A stretch of 64,000 nucleotides of DNA, from assembly GCA_951406725.2 (NCBI GenBank), contig OX597815.1, positions 159,340,001 to 159,404,000 on the forward strand, read 5' to 3'. Below the pieces are notes generated by a model. It saw nothing but the letters and a program-made list of their open reading frames with translations. It had not been told where the DNA came from and did no database searches. The translations under genes and the position numbers were made by a program. Origin of the DNA: Octopus vulgaris. Taxonomy: Eukaryota. Below are positions 1-12,813 of the stretch, piece by piece (positions within the stretch are counted from its first letter, which is position 1; every line of letters starts with the position of its first letter).

Positions 1-509
1 TTAACACTTCTGCTGTAGAATGCTCATCTTTTTTGAGTACAGCAAGGCACCAAGCATCTCATTCCCTTGTCATCTTGCCTGACAGGTACAGCATCCTAAG
101 GTCATTCTTCAGTACTTCATCCTTCTAAGGTTGTTCATCCTTCCAGCATCATTAAATCTAGTCCTGATTTAGGGTGGTTAACTGGTGGAAACAGCACATT
201 AGATGGGATGCCTTGCAGTACTTGTTCAGGTCCTTTATATTTCAACATCTATTTATCCCTGCTTTATCTGCTTGCATGTATCATACATTCGTTGAGGGAA
301 GTTTTTCACTGGTTGGAGGCCCTTCCTATCACTGATCTTCAACTGTTTCTCAGAAAGATAATATTTCCACATGGCCTGATGTGTTTTCTCAGAGAGATTG
401 AAAACAAAGCAAAGGACCCTGCTTGTATTACAATGACACTTAGAACTATCTCGTGATGTCATGATAAGGAAGCACAAACACACAGCCATTGACCCCCAAA
501 TATTTACAT

Positions 510-547
<38 letters not shown>

Positions 548-2574
548 GATGCTTTTAGTTTCTGTCTATCAAATCTAGTCACAAGGCACTGGTCAGCTTG
601 AGACTTTAGTAGAAGACACTTGCCCAAGTTGTCCTGCATTAGGATTGTACTCAAGTTCAAATCTTGCCAGAGTCTCCTTGGGTGGCAGACTTAATTTGTT
701 TCTTAGTTTACCATCACCATCTGGCACTCTGGGTGCTCTTGATTCGTTCTCTTGTGAGCATTTCAGGCCAGGTCACCAGTTTGAGCATATCTTCTTTCCT
801 CCCTCTCCCACTAGTCTCTGAGACCCTCTGAAAAGTCACGAGCACTATTCATTCCTCTTGACATAAAGATTAAAAGAAAACACGACAGCAGTTCAGGTTT
901 TCCTTGCTGTATATCTGTTTACATTCTGTTAAGTCTGTTATAGAGTTATTGAAAATATTATCTTTTGAGCTTAGTACACTGACACTTAAGATTAGTGAGT
1001 TGTTATATAAATGAAACTGAAAGTTCAAAAATTTTATCAGAACCATTGTATTGAAGCCATAAGGAAAACAAGACCAAAGAGGGAGCATTTTGGTGGTTGC
1101 TTGATCTGCTGAAAAGATCAGCTAAATCTTGAAATAACCCCCTTTCTGTACATTAGCCATTGTTTCTTTAAAGACAGGACACATTGGCTAATGCACACCA
1201 AGTTACGTGATACCAGAAGAGAACAAAACAAAATAAAAAATAATAAATAGACAAAACAAAACAGGATAATCATGGTTGGAATGTCTTTGATCTTAAAGTC
1301 TGCTGAAATTAAGCTTGATTTAGTGGCTAAACAAATGCATAAGGAGAACACTTTACATGTTCACCTGTCCTTAGTTTACATCATTAAAACCATTCTTATT
1401 GGTGTTTGAATCATTGGCAACTAACTCAATTTTCAAAATGCTGAACCTTATAAAGGAGACGACAGAAGACTGAGATATGCGGAGATATTGCTGTACTTGA
1501 GAAAACTTGTGTACCACATCAGAATTGAGATCTTAAAATCAAGGAGCTATGTAAAAAGCATTGGTGTGGGTACTGATGCCACATAAAAAGCACTGGTTCT
1601 GGTGCCACATAAAATGCACTGGTGATGGTACCACATAAAAAGTACCCAGTACATTCTGTAATTAGGCATTGGGAAGGGCATCCATCCATAGAAACCAAGC
1701 CAAAACAGACTATGGAACCTGGTGCAGCCCCTAGCCTTGCCAGTTTCTGTCAAGCTGTCCAACCCATGCCAGCATGGAAAACAGACATTAAATGTTGATG
1801 ATGATGATAACTATAAAGCTCCTGCTTTTATATGAGGTTTGTTCTATAAGAAACTGGACTTTTTAGAAATGAAGTCATTGATTTTTTTTTTTTTAGAATT
1901 TAATCAGACTTGTCTTCTTCAAAATAGCTCCCCCCAATCTCGATACACCACTCACAATGATTTTCTCTAGTTTTCAAATGTGTGCTGTGTGGTTAAGAAG
2001 TTGCTTCACAGCCACATGGTTTTGGGTTCAGTCTTGAACTGATCAGATCCTGTCAAACCATCAAACCCTTCTCAGCTTGGAAAATAGACATTAAATGATA
2101 ATAATAACAGTATATATATGTATATATATATGGTGGTGGAGTATTTGTGCCTCCTTGTTTTGACATCATGTGGTGGCTGTAAATGAGTTTCGCCATCATA
2201 CAAGTGGTGTCCTTTACTTCATTTCTAGTCTTCTAAGAAAACCTGTTTGGCCATATGGAAATATTGTCTTGCTCAGCAAATTTCATCTGAACCATTGAAG
2301 ATGATATTGATAATGAGGATGATAGTTAGGAATAGTGATTCATTCATTTAACGAATTTTCTTTATCTCTACTACCATCTGACATCAGTAACCTTTTCAAG
2401 TGAATTTCAATTTTAGGAACAGAAAGTCAATAGGGACCAATTCCAATGAGTAGGAAAAGTGGGGGTGGCGATGAGGGTTTAGTGTTTTGTTAAAAAATCA
2501 TGGATAACAGGTGATGCATGAATAGGTGTGTTGTAATGATGTATCATCCAGATATTGTTTGTAGATATCTCAAG

Positions 2575-2830
2575 CTTCTTTTTTCACTCTGCCTCTCTTA
2601 AACAAGTTTAGTAGATCCAAGTATAGCTCTTTATCGGTCATCTAACCTCATGATGAAGGTGGCCCTTCTAACATAACCTTCACACCTGAGCATCTTTGGT
2701 GTGTTACTTTTGGTTTCTATAACAATGATCCAACACACTTGAAACACAGCTGCTTTTGTTTCAGCATTGTAGCTGAACACTCAGATTTTATCACCTGTTA
2801 TGACACTTTTCAGAAAACTTTCATTAGCAC
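2575..2830 (-). mobile_element. degraded mariner transposase remnant
   Basis: Minus strand reads FLKSVITGDKI*VFSYNAETK...VKVML, matching the mariner ITGDETWV.YDPETK...KVML region. Confidence 0.7.
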
Positions 2831-2864
2831 CCTATCAAACACATCTTGATTAACTGTGACTTTG

Positions 2865-3717
2865 TTATGACCACTTGAACGTGGCTGTCCTCTAAGAGAT
2901 GATGATTTATTCAGCATGCTTATTGCACTCAATATTTAATGCAAGCAGGAGATAAATCCTATCACCCTAGCTCTAAGACCACCTGACCATGTGGCTTTAA
3001 TCTGTATTGGATCTCCTAGGTGGTGGGCACTTGTTGCTAGGCAGGACAGCAGTTTAGCCTTGCTTGCAATATATAGTAAACATATAGTGTCATACAATCA
3101 CTGATTTTGTAACTAGGAAATTTGTCTGTTAGAAAATCTCTGTTCATGATAGAAGTAGTGTATAAACCAAAACGTATTGCTTATGGCCACTTTAATGTGG
3201 TTGTCCACTAAGAGATGATACTGCCATTTAACCCCCAGCAAGACATCTCCTCCAACTGGTTTATTTAGTGTGCTTCTCATATCTGATATTTATTGCATGT
3301 GGGAGATAACTCCTGCCACCCTAGCTTCAAGACCACCAGACTATGTGGTTTCAATCAGTATTGGATCTCCTCAGTGGTGGGTATTCATTTCTAAGTATGG
3401 CAGCAGTTAACCTTGCTTGCAATATATAGAAAACAGTGTCATACAACCATTGATTTTGTAACTAGGATACTAGTTGGAAACCATGTGGTCTGGTGGTCTT
3501 GGAGTTAGGGTTGCAGGAGTTATCTCCTGCTTGTAATAAATATCAAGTGCAAGAAGCACACTTAATAAACCAGCTGGAGGAGATGTCTTCCTGGGGTTAA
3601 ATGGCAGTATCATTGTCTTTTAGAGGACAGCAACATTAAAGTGGCCATAAACAATATTTTTTTATTCATTTACTGCTTCTATTGCAAACAGGGATTTTCT
3701 AACTGACTAATTTCCTA
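2865..3717. repeat. three diverged copies of a ~250-290 bp unit: two direct (2865-3118, 3181-3468) and one inverted (3477-3717)
   Basis: Shared text such as ttatggccactttaatgtgg / ccctagcttcaagaccaccagac, with its reverse complement in 3477-3717. Confidence 0.8.
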
Positions 3718-3729
3718 ATTGTGACTTCA

Positions 3730-4180
3730 TCTTCTTTTTATTCATAAATTTCATAACAACAATCAAACCCTGTTTTTGCAATGGGATCATTGTTCACTTT
3801 TGTGGAAAAACCATCCAAATTTGAAACCCTTTGTAGATGTTCTTTCCAATTGTATACAGCTCAAATAATCCTTCTCATAGGCCTGTTATTACATTAGAAA
3901 AGTTGCTACAGAAATTTTTTTTCCAATTTGAATCAAAATTTCGCATAAATGTTGCTCTTCCTAATCTTTCATTGTTCAATAGGTCACCAAGTGCTCCAGA
4001 CATGCATTCACTCTGGCATGTATAATGGGGTTCTATAAATTCTATATCAAGCATTGTAGGCATTCCTTCATTTTTAATTCTATTTTTCATTTCTATATTT
4101 CTTCTAGTAATGCATCTATATTTCTTGAATTGCCATATTAACTGACTGACACTATGAACAATAACTGTCTTGGACATGGT
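3730..4180 (-). mobile_element. probable old L1/Tx1-clade ORF2 remnant (post-RT region)
   Basis: SQLIWQFKKYRCITRRN...KNEGMPTMLDIE loosely resembles the F.W.GK..RI.R....K..GGL.M.DI motif; stops follow. Confidence 0.4.
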
Positions 4181-5216
4181 GAATTAAAAAGTAAGAAAAA
4201 AAAAATGAGAACGAAGTGGTTTGACAATCTATAACAATACAATGTATTTATAGTATTTGTTACTGAGAGATGCAAGTTAAAAAACTTCTAAGAAAGCTCT
4301 CATAAGTAGCTGTCTTTAATGTTAAACACTTTTAAGACTATTTAACATTTTGCTTTCTATCAAATCTTTTCTGTAAATCTTTACCTCGACGAGTTCCTTA
4401 TAACTGTAAGACTGTCTCCTTTCTGGCTACAAATATAAATAACCGATCTTAGTGATAGCTGAAGACTCTTTATTGTGTGAGACTATGCAGCCAAAACTCT
4501 ATCATGGTTATTACAAAGAAAGTGATTCGAGTGATTGTCTGGGAATTGTTGGAGTGTGAGATCAATCAGCGAAATGTTGACGTAACTTTTTCAGACTGTA
4601 TGTTTCCATATATTGATATTGCAATTCTGTATTGGTAATTACATTACTTGCAATAAGTATGGATATCTGCAAGAAACCAGTCTATTTAATGTCAACCACT
4701 AAACTGTGAAGTGGAATTTTGGTTTCTCTTTTTGGTTAGGAAAGCAGACTTCTAAAAATTTTTTTTGTCCCTCCTAGTGGGAGAAGATCAATCTCAGATC
4801 AGGGGTCTCATCACAGGCTGGTGAGACCTGCTACTGGTACCATGTCAACTAGTACTACCTGTTTTATGGTTGGATGGTTGGCAACTAATCCAGCTCCACC
4901 ACTCATGTAGCTTGCAGTTGTTGTGAGGTGGGTGTCTGGACACCCAACTGGCACTCTGTCGGTTATGATAACAAGGGTTCCAGTTGACCTGATCAATGGA
5001 ACAGCCAGTTTGTAAAATTAATGTGCAAGTAGCACAACCTCTCCTAGGTATAGGTGCAGGAGTGGCTGTGTGGTAAGTAGCTTGCTTACCAACCACATGG
5101 TTCCAGGATCAGTCTCACTGTGTGGCACCTTGGGCAAGTGTGTTCTACTATAGCCTCGGGCTGACCAAAGCCTCGCGAGTGGATTTGGTAGACAGAAACT
5201 GGAAGAAGCCCATCAT

Positions 5217-8200
5217 ATCATCATCATCATCATCATCATCATTTAGCGTCCGTTTTCCATGCTAGCATGGGTTGGACGGTTCAACTGGGGTCTGGGGAGC
5301 CCGAAGGCTGCACCAGGCCAGTCAGATCTGGCAGTGTTTCTACAGCTGGATGCCCTTCCTAACGCCAACCACTCCGAGAGTGTAGTGGGTGATTTTATGT
5401 GCCACCGACACAGGTGCCAGACGAGGCTGGCGAACGGCCACGCTCGGATGGTGTTTTTATGTGCCACCGACACAGGTGCCAGACGAGGCTGGCAGACGGC
5501 CACGCTCGGATGGTGTTTTTATGTGCCACCGACACAGGTGCCAGATGAGGCTGGCGGACGGCCACGATCGGATGGTGTTTGTTACGTCCCCAAAGCACGG
5601 AGGCCAGTCTATGCGGTACTGGCTACGGCCACGTTCGGATGATTTTGTGTGCCACCGGCACTGGTACCACAAAGATACAAATTCCATTGATGTTCATCTA
5701 TTTTGATTTGTTTTGATTTGATTTGATTTTCACTTGCCTCAACAGGTCTTCACAAGTGTCACAAGAAGGAAGGTATGCACAGGTGGACTGACTACGTCCC
5801 AGGTAGGGGCCACGGGTTATGGCCTGACTAGTCTTGCCGGGTCTTCGGATGGTGTTTTTATGTGCCACCGACACAGGTGCCAGATGAGGCTGGCGAACGG
5901 CCACGTTCGGATGGTGTTTGTTGCGTGCCCACAGCACGGAGGCCAGTCGATGCGGTACTGGCTACGGCCACGTTCGGATGGTTTTCTTGTGTGCCACCGG
6001 CACTGGTACCACAAGATACAAATTCCATTGATGTTCATCTATTTTGATTTGATTTGATTTGATTTTCACTTGCCTCAACAGGTCTTCACAGGTCTTCACA
6101 AGTGTCACAAGAAGGAAGGAAGGTATGCACAGGTGGACTGACTACGTCCCAAGTAGGGGCCATGGGTTATGGCCTGACTAGTCTTGCCGGGTCTTCGGTT
6201 GGTGTTTTTATGTGCCACCGACACAGGTGCCAGATGAGGCTGGCGGACGGCCACGATCGGATGGTGTTTGTTATGTGCCCACATCACAGAGGCCAGTCGA
6301 TGCGGTACTGGCTACGGCCACGTTCGGATGGTTTTCTTGTGTGCCACCGGTACTGGTACCACAAAGATTCAAATTCCATTGATGTTCATCTATTTTGATT
6401 TGGTTTGATTTGATTTGATTTGATTTTGATTTTCACTTGCCTCAACAGGTCTACACAAGTGTCACACACTTGCCTCAACAGGTCTTCACAAGTGTCATAA
6501 GTAGGAAGGTATGCACAGGTGGACTGACTACATCGCTGGGTCTTCGGATGGTGTTTTTATGTGCCACCGACACAGGTGCCAGATGAGGCTGGCGAACGGC
6601 CATGATCGGATGGTTTTCTTGTGTGCCACCGGTACTGGAACCACAAAGATACAAATTCCATTGATGTTCATCTATTTTGATTTGGTTTGATTTTCACTTG
6701 CCTCAACAGGTCTTCACAAGTTTGGTTTGATTTTCACTTGCCTCAACAGGTCTTCACAAGTGTCACACACTTGCCTCAACAGGTCTCCACAAGTGTCACA
6801 CACTTGCCTCTGCCTCAACAGGTCTTCACAAAGTGTCACACACTTGCCTCTGCCTCAACAGGTCTTCACAAGTGTCACACACTTGCCTCAACAGGTCTTC
6901 ACAAGTGTCATAAGAGGGAAGGTATGCACAGGTGGACTGACTATGTCGCCGGGTCTTCGGATGGTGTTTTTATGTGCCACCGACACAGGTGCCAGATGAG
7001 GCTGGCGAACGGCCACGATCAGATGGTGTTTGTTGTGCCCACAGCACGGAGGCCAGTCGATGCGGTACTGGCTACGGCCACGTTCGGATGGTTTTCTTGT
7101 GTGCCACCGGTACTGGAACCACAAAGATACAAATTCCATTGATGTTCATCTATTTTGATTTGGTTTGATTTGATTTTCACTTGCCTCAACAGGTCTTCAC
7201 AAGGGTCACACACTTGCCTCAACAGGTCTCCACAAGTGTCACACACTTGCCTCTGCCTCAACAGGTCTTCACAAGTGTCACACACTTGCCTCAACAGGTC
7301 TTCACAAGTGTCATAAGAGGGAAGGTATGCACAGGTGGACTGACTACGTCGCCAGGTCTTCGGATGGTGTCTTTATGTGCCACCGACACAGGTGCCAGAT
7401 GAGGCTGGCGAACGGCCACGTTCGGATGGTGTTTGTTGCGTGCCCACAGCACGGAGGCCAGTCGATGCGGTACTGGCTACGGCCACGTTCGGATGGTTTT
7501 CTTGTGTGCCACCGGCACTGGTACCACAAGATACAAATTCCATTGATGTTCATCTATTTTGATTTGATTTGATTTGATTTTCACTTGCCTCAACAGGTCT
7601 TCACAGGTCTTCACAAGTGTCACAAGAAGGAAGGAAGGTATGCACAGGTGGACTGACTACGTCCCAAGTAGGGGCCATGGGTTATGGCCTGACTAGTCTT
7701 GCCGGGTCTTCGGTTGGTGTTTTTATGTGCCACCGACACAGGTGCCAGATGAGGCTGGCGGACGGCCACGATCGGATGGTGTTTGTTATGTGCCCACATC
7801 ACAGAGGCCAGTCGATGCGGTACTGGCTACGGCCACGTTCGGATGGTTTTCTTGTGTGCCACCGGTACTGGTACCACAAAGATTCAAATTCCATTGATGT
7901 TCATCTATTTTGATTTGGTTTGATTTGATTTGATTTGATTTTGATTTTCACTTGCCTCAACAGGTCTACACAAGTGTCACACACTTGCCTCAACAGGTCT
8001 TCACAAGTGTCATAAGTAGGAAGGTATGCACAGGTGGACTGACTACGTCGCTGGGTCTTCGGATGGTGTTTTTATGTGCCACCGACACAGGTGCCAGATG
8101 AGGCTGGCGAACGGCCACGATCGGATGGTTTTCTTGTGTGCCACCGGTACTGGAACCACAAAGATACAAATTCCATTGATGTTCATCTATTTTGATTTGG

Positions 8201-9304
8201 TTTGATTTTCACTTGCCTCAACAGGTCTTCACAAGTTTGGTTTGATTTTCACTTGCCTCAACAGGTCTTCACAAGTGTCACACACTTGCCTCAACAGGTC
8301 TCCACAAGTGTCACACACTTGCCTCTGCCTCAACAGGTCTTCACAAAGTGTCACACACTTGCCTCTGCCTCAACAGGTCTTCACAAGTGTCACACACTTG
8401 CCTCAACAGGTCTTCACAAGTGTCATAAGAGGGAAGGTATGCACAGGTGGACTGACTATGTCGCCGGGTCTTCGGATGGTGTTTTTATGTGCCACCGACA
8501 CAGGTGCCAGATGAGGCTGGCGAACGGCCACGATCAGATGGTGTTTGTTGTGCCCACAGCACGGAGGCCAGTCGATGCGGTACTGGCTACGGCCACGTTC
8601 GGATGGTTTTCTTGTGTGCCACCGGTACTGGAACCACAAAGATACAAATTCCATTGATGTTCATCTATTTTGATTTGGTTTGATTTGATTTTCACTTGCC
8701 TCAACAGGTCTTCACAAGGGTCACACACTTGCCTCAACAGGTCTCCACAAGTGTCACACACTTGCCTCTGCCTCAACAGGTCTTCACAAGTGTCACACAC
8801 TTGCCTCAACAGGTCTTCACAAGTGTCATAAGAGGGAAGGTATGCACAGGTGGACTGACTACGTCGCCAGGTCTTCGGATGGTGTCTTTATGTGCCACCG
8901 ACACAGGTGCCAGATGAGGCTGGCGAACGGCCACGATCGGATGGTGTTTGTTGTGCCCACAGCACGGAGGCCAGTCGATGCGGTACTGGCTACGGCCACG
9001 TTTGGGTGGTTTTCTTGTGTGCCACCGGCACTGGTGCCACAAAGAATACAATTCCACTGATGTTCATCTATTTTGATTTGTTTTGATTTGATTTTCACTT
9101 GCCTCAACAGGTCTTCATAAGTGTCACAAGAAGGAAGGTATGCACAGGAGGACTGACTACGTCCCAGGTAGGGGCCACGGGTTATGGCCTGACTAGTCTT
9201 GCCGGGTCTTCTCACGCACAGCATACTTCCATAGGTCTCGGTCTCTAGACATTTCCTTAGTGAGACCTAAAGTTCGAAGGTCGTGCTTCACCACCTCGTC
9301 CACG
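5217..9304 (-). mobile_element. 5'-truncated RTE-clade LINE: ORF C-terminus plus tandemly expanded 3' UTR ending in a (TGA)n tail
   Basis: Minus strand [32 protein letters not shown] at 9193-9303 (RTE C-terminal DR..W...V motif); (tca)n at 5217-5242; same 3' end as the RTE copy at 57880-59510. Confidence 0.8.
5842..8935. repeat. near-perfect 1515-bp tandem duplication built from ~60-bp and ~29-bp subrepeats
   Basis: Identical ORFs offset by exactly 1515 (6102/7617, 6687/8202, 7181/8696); only isolated substitutions seen. Confidence 0.92.
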
Positions 9305-9306
9305 TG

Positions 9307-9345
<39 letters not shown>

Positions 9346-10432
9346 ATGTTTGTGTGTCTGTATTTGTTCCCCCAACATCACTTGACAACTGATGCTGGTG
9401 TGTTTACGTCCCCGTAACATAGCGGGTTGGCAAAAGAGACCAATAGAATAAGTACTAGGCTTACAAAGAATAAGTTCTGGGGTCGATTTGCTCGACTAAA
9501 GGTGGTGCTCCAGTATGGCCACAGTCAAATGACTGAAACAAGTAAAAGAATAAAGAGTAAGTAGCTGAGTACTCAGTATAGACTTGCATATCCTTAATGT
9601 AGTTCTCGGGGAGATTCAGCATGACACAAGATATGACAAGGCTGGCTCTTTGAAAGATAGGTACTATTCATTTTTGCCAGATGAGTGGACTGGAGCAACA
9701 TGAAATAAAGTTTACTCAAGGACACTACACATTGTGTGATACTGAACATATTACCTTCTGATCATGAGCCAAATGTCCTAGCCACTAAGCTCTGCACCTT
9801 CTGGACACTCGACTAAAAGTAAGACTTGTTGAAGGGCAGATGAGTTCCCTGTAGACCAATGGCCATCCAGTGAAGGTAATGACAAACCACCCCAATATCT
9901 CTGCTAAGAAGACGCTATGAGAATGAACAAAGTAATGTTATGGTTTCATCCAATAGGAGAACTCAGCCTTAATCAAGAAGACTTTCATTCTAGTGTCAAC
10001 AATGCACTGCAAAAATGTACAATACATAACAATGACAAAAGGGAGAAGGCTGACTAGAGGCCATGGCTTTTTTGCTGAAATACTGAGACTACAAGAAAAA
10101 AAAAATACCTCATAGGGAGCTGCAGTGAGCACTGATTCATGATATCAAGTTATCTTCAAATCAGTGATTAGTCTGAATACTTGAAATAGACTAGGCTCTG
10201 CTAAAGGCATAAAGCACAATTTTATTCCATTCAGAATATTTTGGAGGTTTATTGTGCAACGTTACAGCTTCTCATATGCTAATCTTTCTACTTATATATA
10301 TATATAACAATTGCAACATGGAAGGTGTTTAGAAGCCGTTTAAGAAACACACAAAAACACTTTCCACGCTGCAATTGTTTTTGTTCCAGCACACAATCTC
10401 AGATCAGGTCACTTGCTATGCAAGTACATCTC

Positions 10433-10479
<47 letters not shown>

Positions 10480-11216
10480 GTATTTATGTATGAATGTTGT
10501 GTATCTATTTGAGGATGTTGTATGTCAGCTTAAAGACAATGGTCTACACTGATTGAAATTTCAAAGAAAGTTTAAAATATCCATCTGTTTAGATACTGTT
10601 GTACATTATGCTACCTGCTTCAGCCTAGCTTATGTGACATCTGGTTCACTCCTACTTCACGGCTGAGCGGGTAACACCAGCAGGGGCATTCAGCTGTAAA
10701 ATTACTTGTTCTAAGAATATGCAATTATCAAAGTGTATAATAATAATAATAATAATAATCAAAAACAAACCTATCCAATTCCTGCTGTCTTGAAAATAAG
10801 CATGTTAAACAGGAAAAAAATAAATAGATGAACAAAATAACTCCTTCTACAAGCACAAAAACACAAAGTTGAAGTGATATGTGTTTATTTTTTATTTATT
10901 TATTTATTTATTTATTTAAATATTTCCTGCAAATGTATTTTTCAAGTTGACAGCATCTTGCTATCTTGGTCTTCTGTGAAATAATTACAGTTGAACACTA
11001 TATTTTGGATCTTATTTATTCACTTAAATTGTTGATTATTTTCTTAGGTTGTTGTTTCACTGCTGAAGCTTTTTTTAAATTTTAACTGTTCATGCTCTGC
11101 CACCGCTACCACCACTGGCACTACCCACCCTCCTACCTACTAACATCCAGCAAAATCTCTATTGCTTGAGCTAATGTAGAAGCTTTCTATACAAGTCAGT
11201 AGAAATAGCAGCCAAG

Positions 11217-11448
11217 GTGGCGAGCTGGCAGAAACGTTAGCACGCCCGGTGAAATGCTTAGCAGTATTTCGTCTGCCGCTACGTTCTGAGTTCAAATTCC
11301 GCCGAGGTCGACTTTGCCTTTCATCCTTTCGGGGTTGATTAAATAAGTACCAGTTACACACTGGGGGTCGATATAATCGACTTAATCCGATTGTCTGTTC
11401 TTGTTTGTCCCCCCCTATTTTTAGCCCCTTGTGGGCAGTAAAGAAATA
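11217..11448 (+). mobile_element. tRNA-derived Meta-domain-type SINE with 16-bp TSD (related copies ~12234-12467, 23410-23600, 29660-29836, all minus)
   Basis: gagttcaaattcc B-box; gcctttcatcctttcggggttgat Meta-like core; TSD agaaatagcagccaag at 11201-11216 and 11449-11464. Confidence 0.8.
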
Positions 11449-11892
11449 AGAAATAGCAGCCAAGTCTCTTACGACTCACACTCTGCTATCTTAAATGAAG
11501 GAGAATACATTAATCAGTTTGGTCTCTGACATTTTGAAGGGGGATTGGATGGTCATAATTGGAAAGCCTTTGGTCATACATCTGTTCAATCAGATCTCAC
11601 ATGGGTTACAAACAGCAACATGGTGATTTAGCTTACTAGAAGTCATCTCATTATCATAATTTTTATGTCCATTTTTTCCATACACACACAGGTCAGGCAT
11701 AATTTACTTAGGCATTTTTTCGATGGCTGGATGCCTTTCCTGTTGCTAACCCTCACCTGTTTCTAAGTGAGGTAATATTTCCTCATAACCAGACCAGTTT
11801 TTATGGAAAACTGGAAACAAAAATGCTGTTTGTATGTCGTTGACACTTGTTTACAGTGATTATGTGATGTCAAGGCAAGGAGATAGGAACTT

Positions 11893-11947
<55 letters not shown>

Positions 11948-12566
11948 CTCTCTATTATTGTTGCTGTTTAGTACCTACTCAGCACTGATCCTGTAAACCT
12001 GTACTAAATTTTCTCAACACTAATTTATTGGAAAGTAACATGCAAATTCACACTCATGCACCCCCCTCCACACACACACACGCACCACCCCACTTCTACT
12101 CTTGTTAATGTAGCACAGTACTTTTGTTGTTCTAATCTTGTAGACCTGTTTATCAGGCACCTCATTGTCCGATGTGGTCTTCCTTCTATTAAGATGATAG
12201 GAGTGTGATTTAAGAGAAGGTTTGCCTTCTACCTCTTATTTCTTTATTGTCCACAAGGGGCTAAATATAGAGGGGACAAACAAGGACAGACAAAGGGATT
12301 AAGTTGATTACATTGATCCCAGTACGTAACTGGTACTTAATTTATCGACCCCGAAAGAATGAAAGGCAAAGTCAACCTCAGCGGAATTTGAACTCAGAAT
12401 GTAACAGCAGACAAAATACCGCTAAGCATTTTGCCCGGCGTGCTAATGTTTCTGCCAGCTCACTGCCTTCTACTTCATAACACATCACTTGACTGTGTAA
12501 GGCCATTGTTTTCCATCAGTGCGCTACAAGGAATATTTGGGTATGCCAAGGGTTTTTACAAATATA

Positions 12567-12813
12567 TAAGGTGGTATCTAAAAGTTCCAGAATTAGTTAT
12601 GTGTAATAAAAAATAACTTATTTACCTAAGTTTTAACATCATCTACTTTGAAATAGTCACTTGTGCAGCAATACACCAATCCCAGCATTCCTGCCACTTT
12701 TGGAATCCAGCCTGGAAGTTGTTTTCCATACACTTATGGAAAACAAAGTTGAGGACCTTCTGCAATTTGCTCTGGATTTTGACAACAGTATTAAAATGGT
12801 GACCTTTTAGCTG
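12567..12813 (-). mobile_element. mariner transposase 3' remnant
   Basis: LKGHHF...IQ...FQAGFQKWQECWDWCIAAQ matches the mariner C-terminus LKG.RF...FQKW..RW..CI. Confidence 0.75.

Larger units (their letters stand above)
5052..9558 (+). mobile_element. octopus CORE-type SINE split by an RTE insertion (halves 5052-5216 and 9305-9558)
   Basis: tRNA-like head, CORE-like tggcaccttgggcaagtg, (TA)n(TG)n spacer and 3' half matching intact copies at 18388-18772 and 40761-41160. Confidence 0.8.
4945..9801 (-). mobile_element. tRNA-derived SINE split by nested insertions (halves ~4945-5033 and 9559-9801)
   Basis: Joined halves match the uninterrupted copy at ~46950-47250; duplicated aagtagc at 5027-5033 and 9559-9565. 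Confidence 0.75.

Noticed and set aside
3875-4426. Novel minus-strand gene (42-nt exon 4385-4426 spliced in frame to the ORF at 4168-3875)
   Set aside because: The ORF is better explained as an L1/Tx1-like remnant, and no other exons were found
5540-5570. cagatgaggctggcggacggcc as a hammerhead core
   Set aside because: CAGAUGA breaks the core and no GAAA follows the stem
5243-9224. Dense cluster of overlapping 60-150 aa ORFs, and a CRISPR-like look of repeated units
   Set aside because: All derive from the tandemly repeated RTE 3' UTR; intervening sequences are themselves repeated rather than unique spacers, there are no cas genes and the context is eukaryotic
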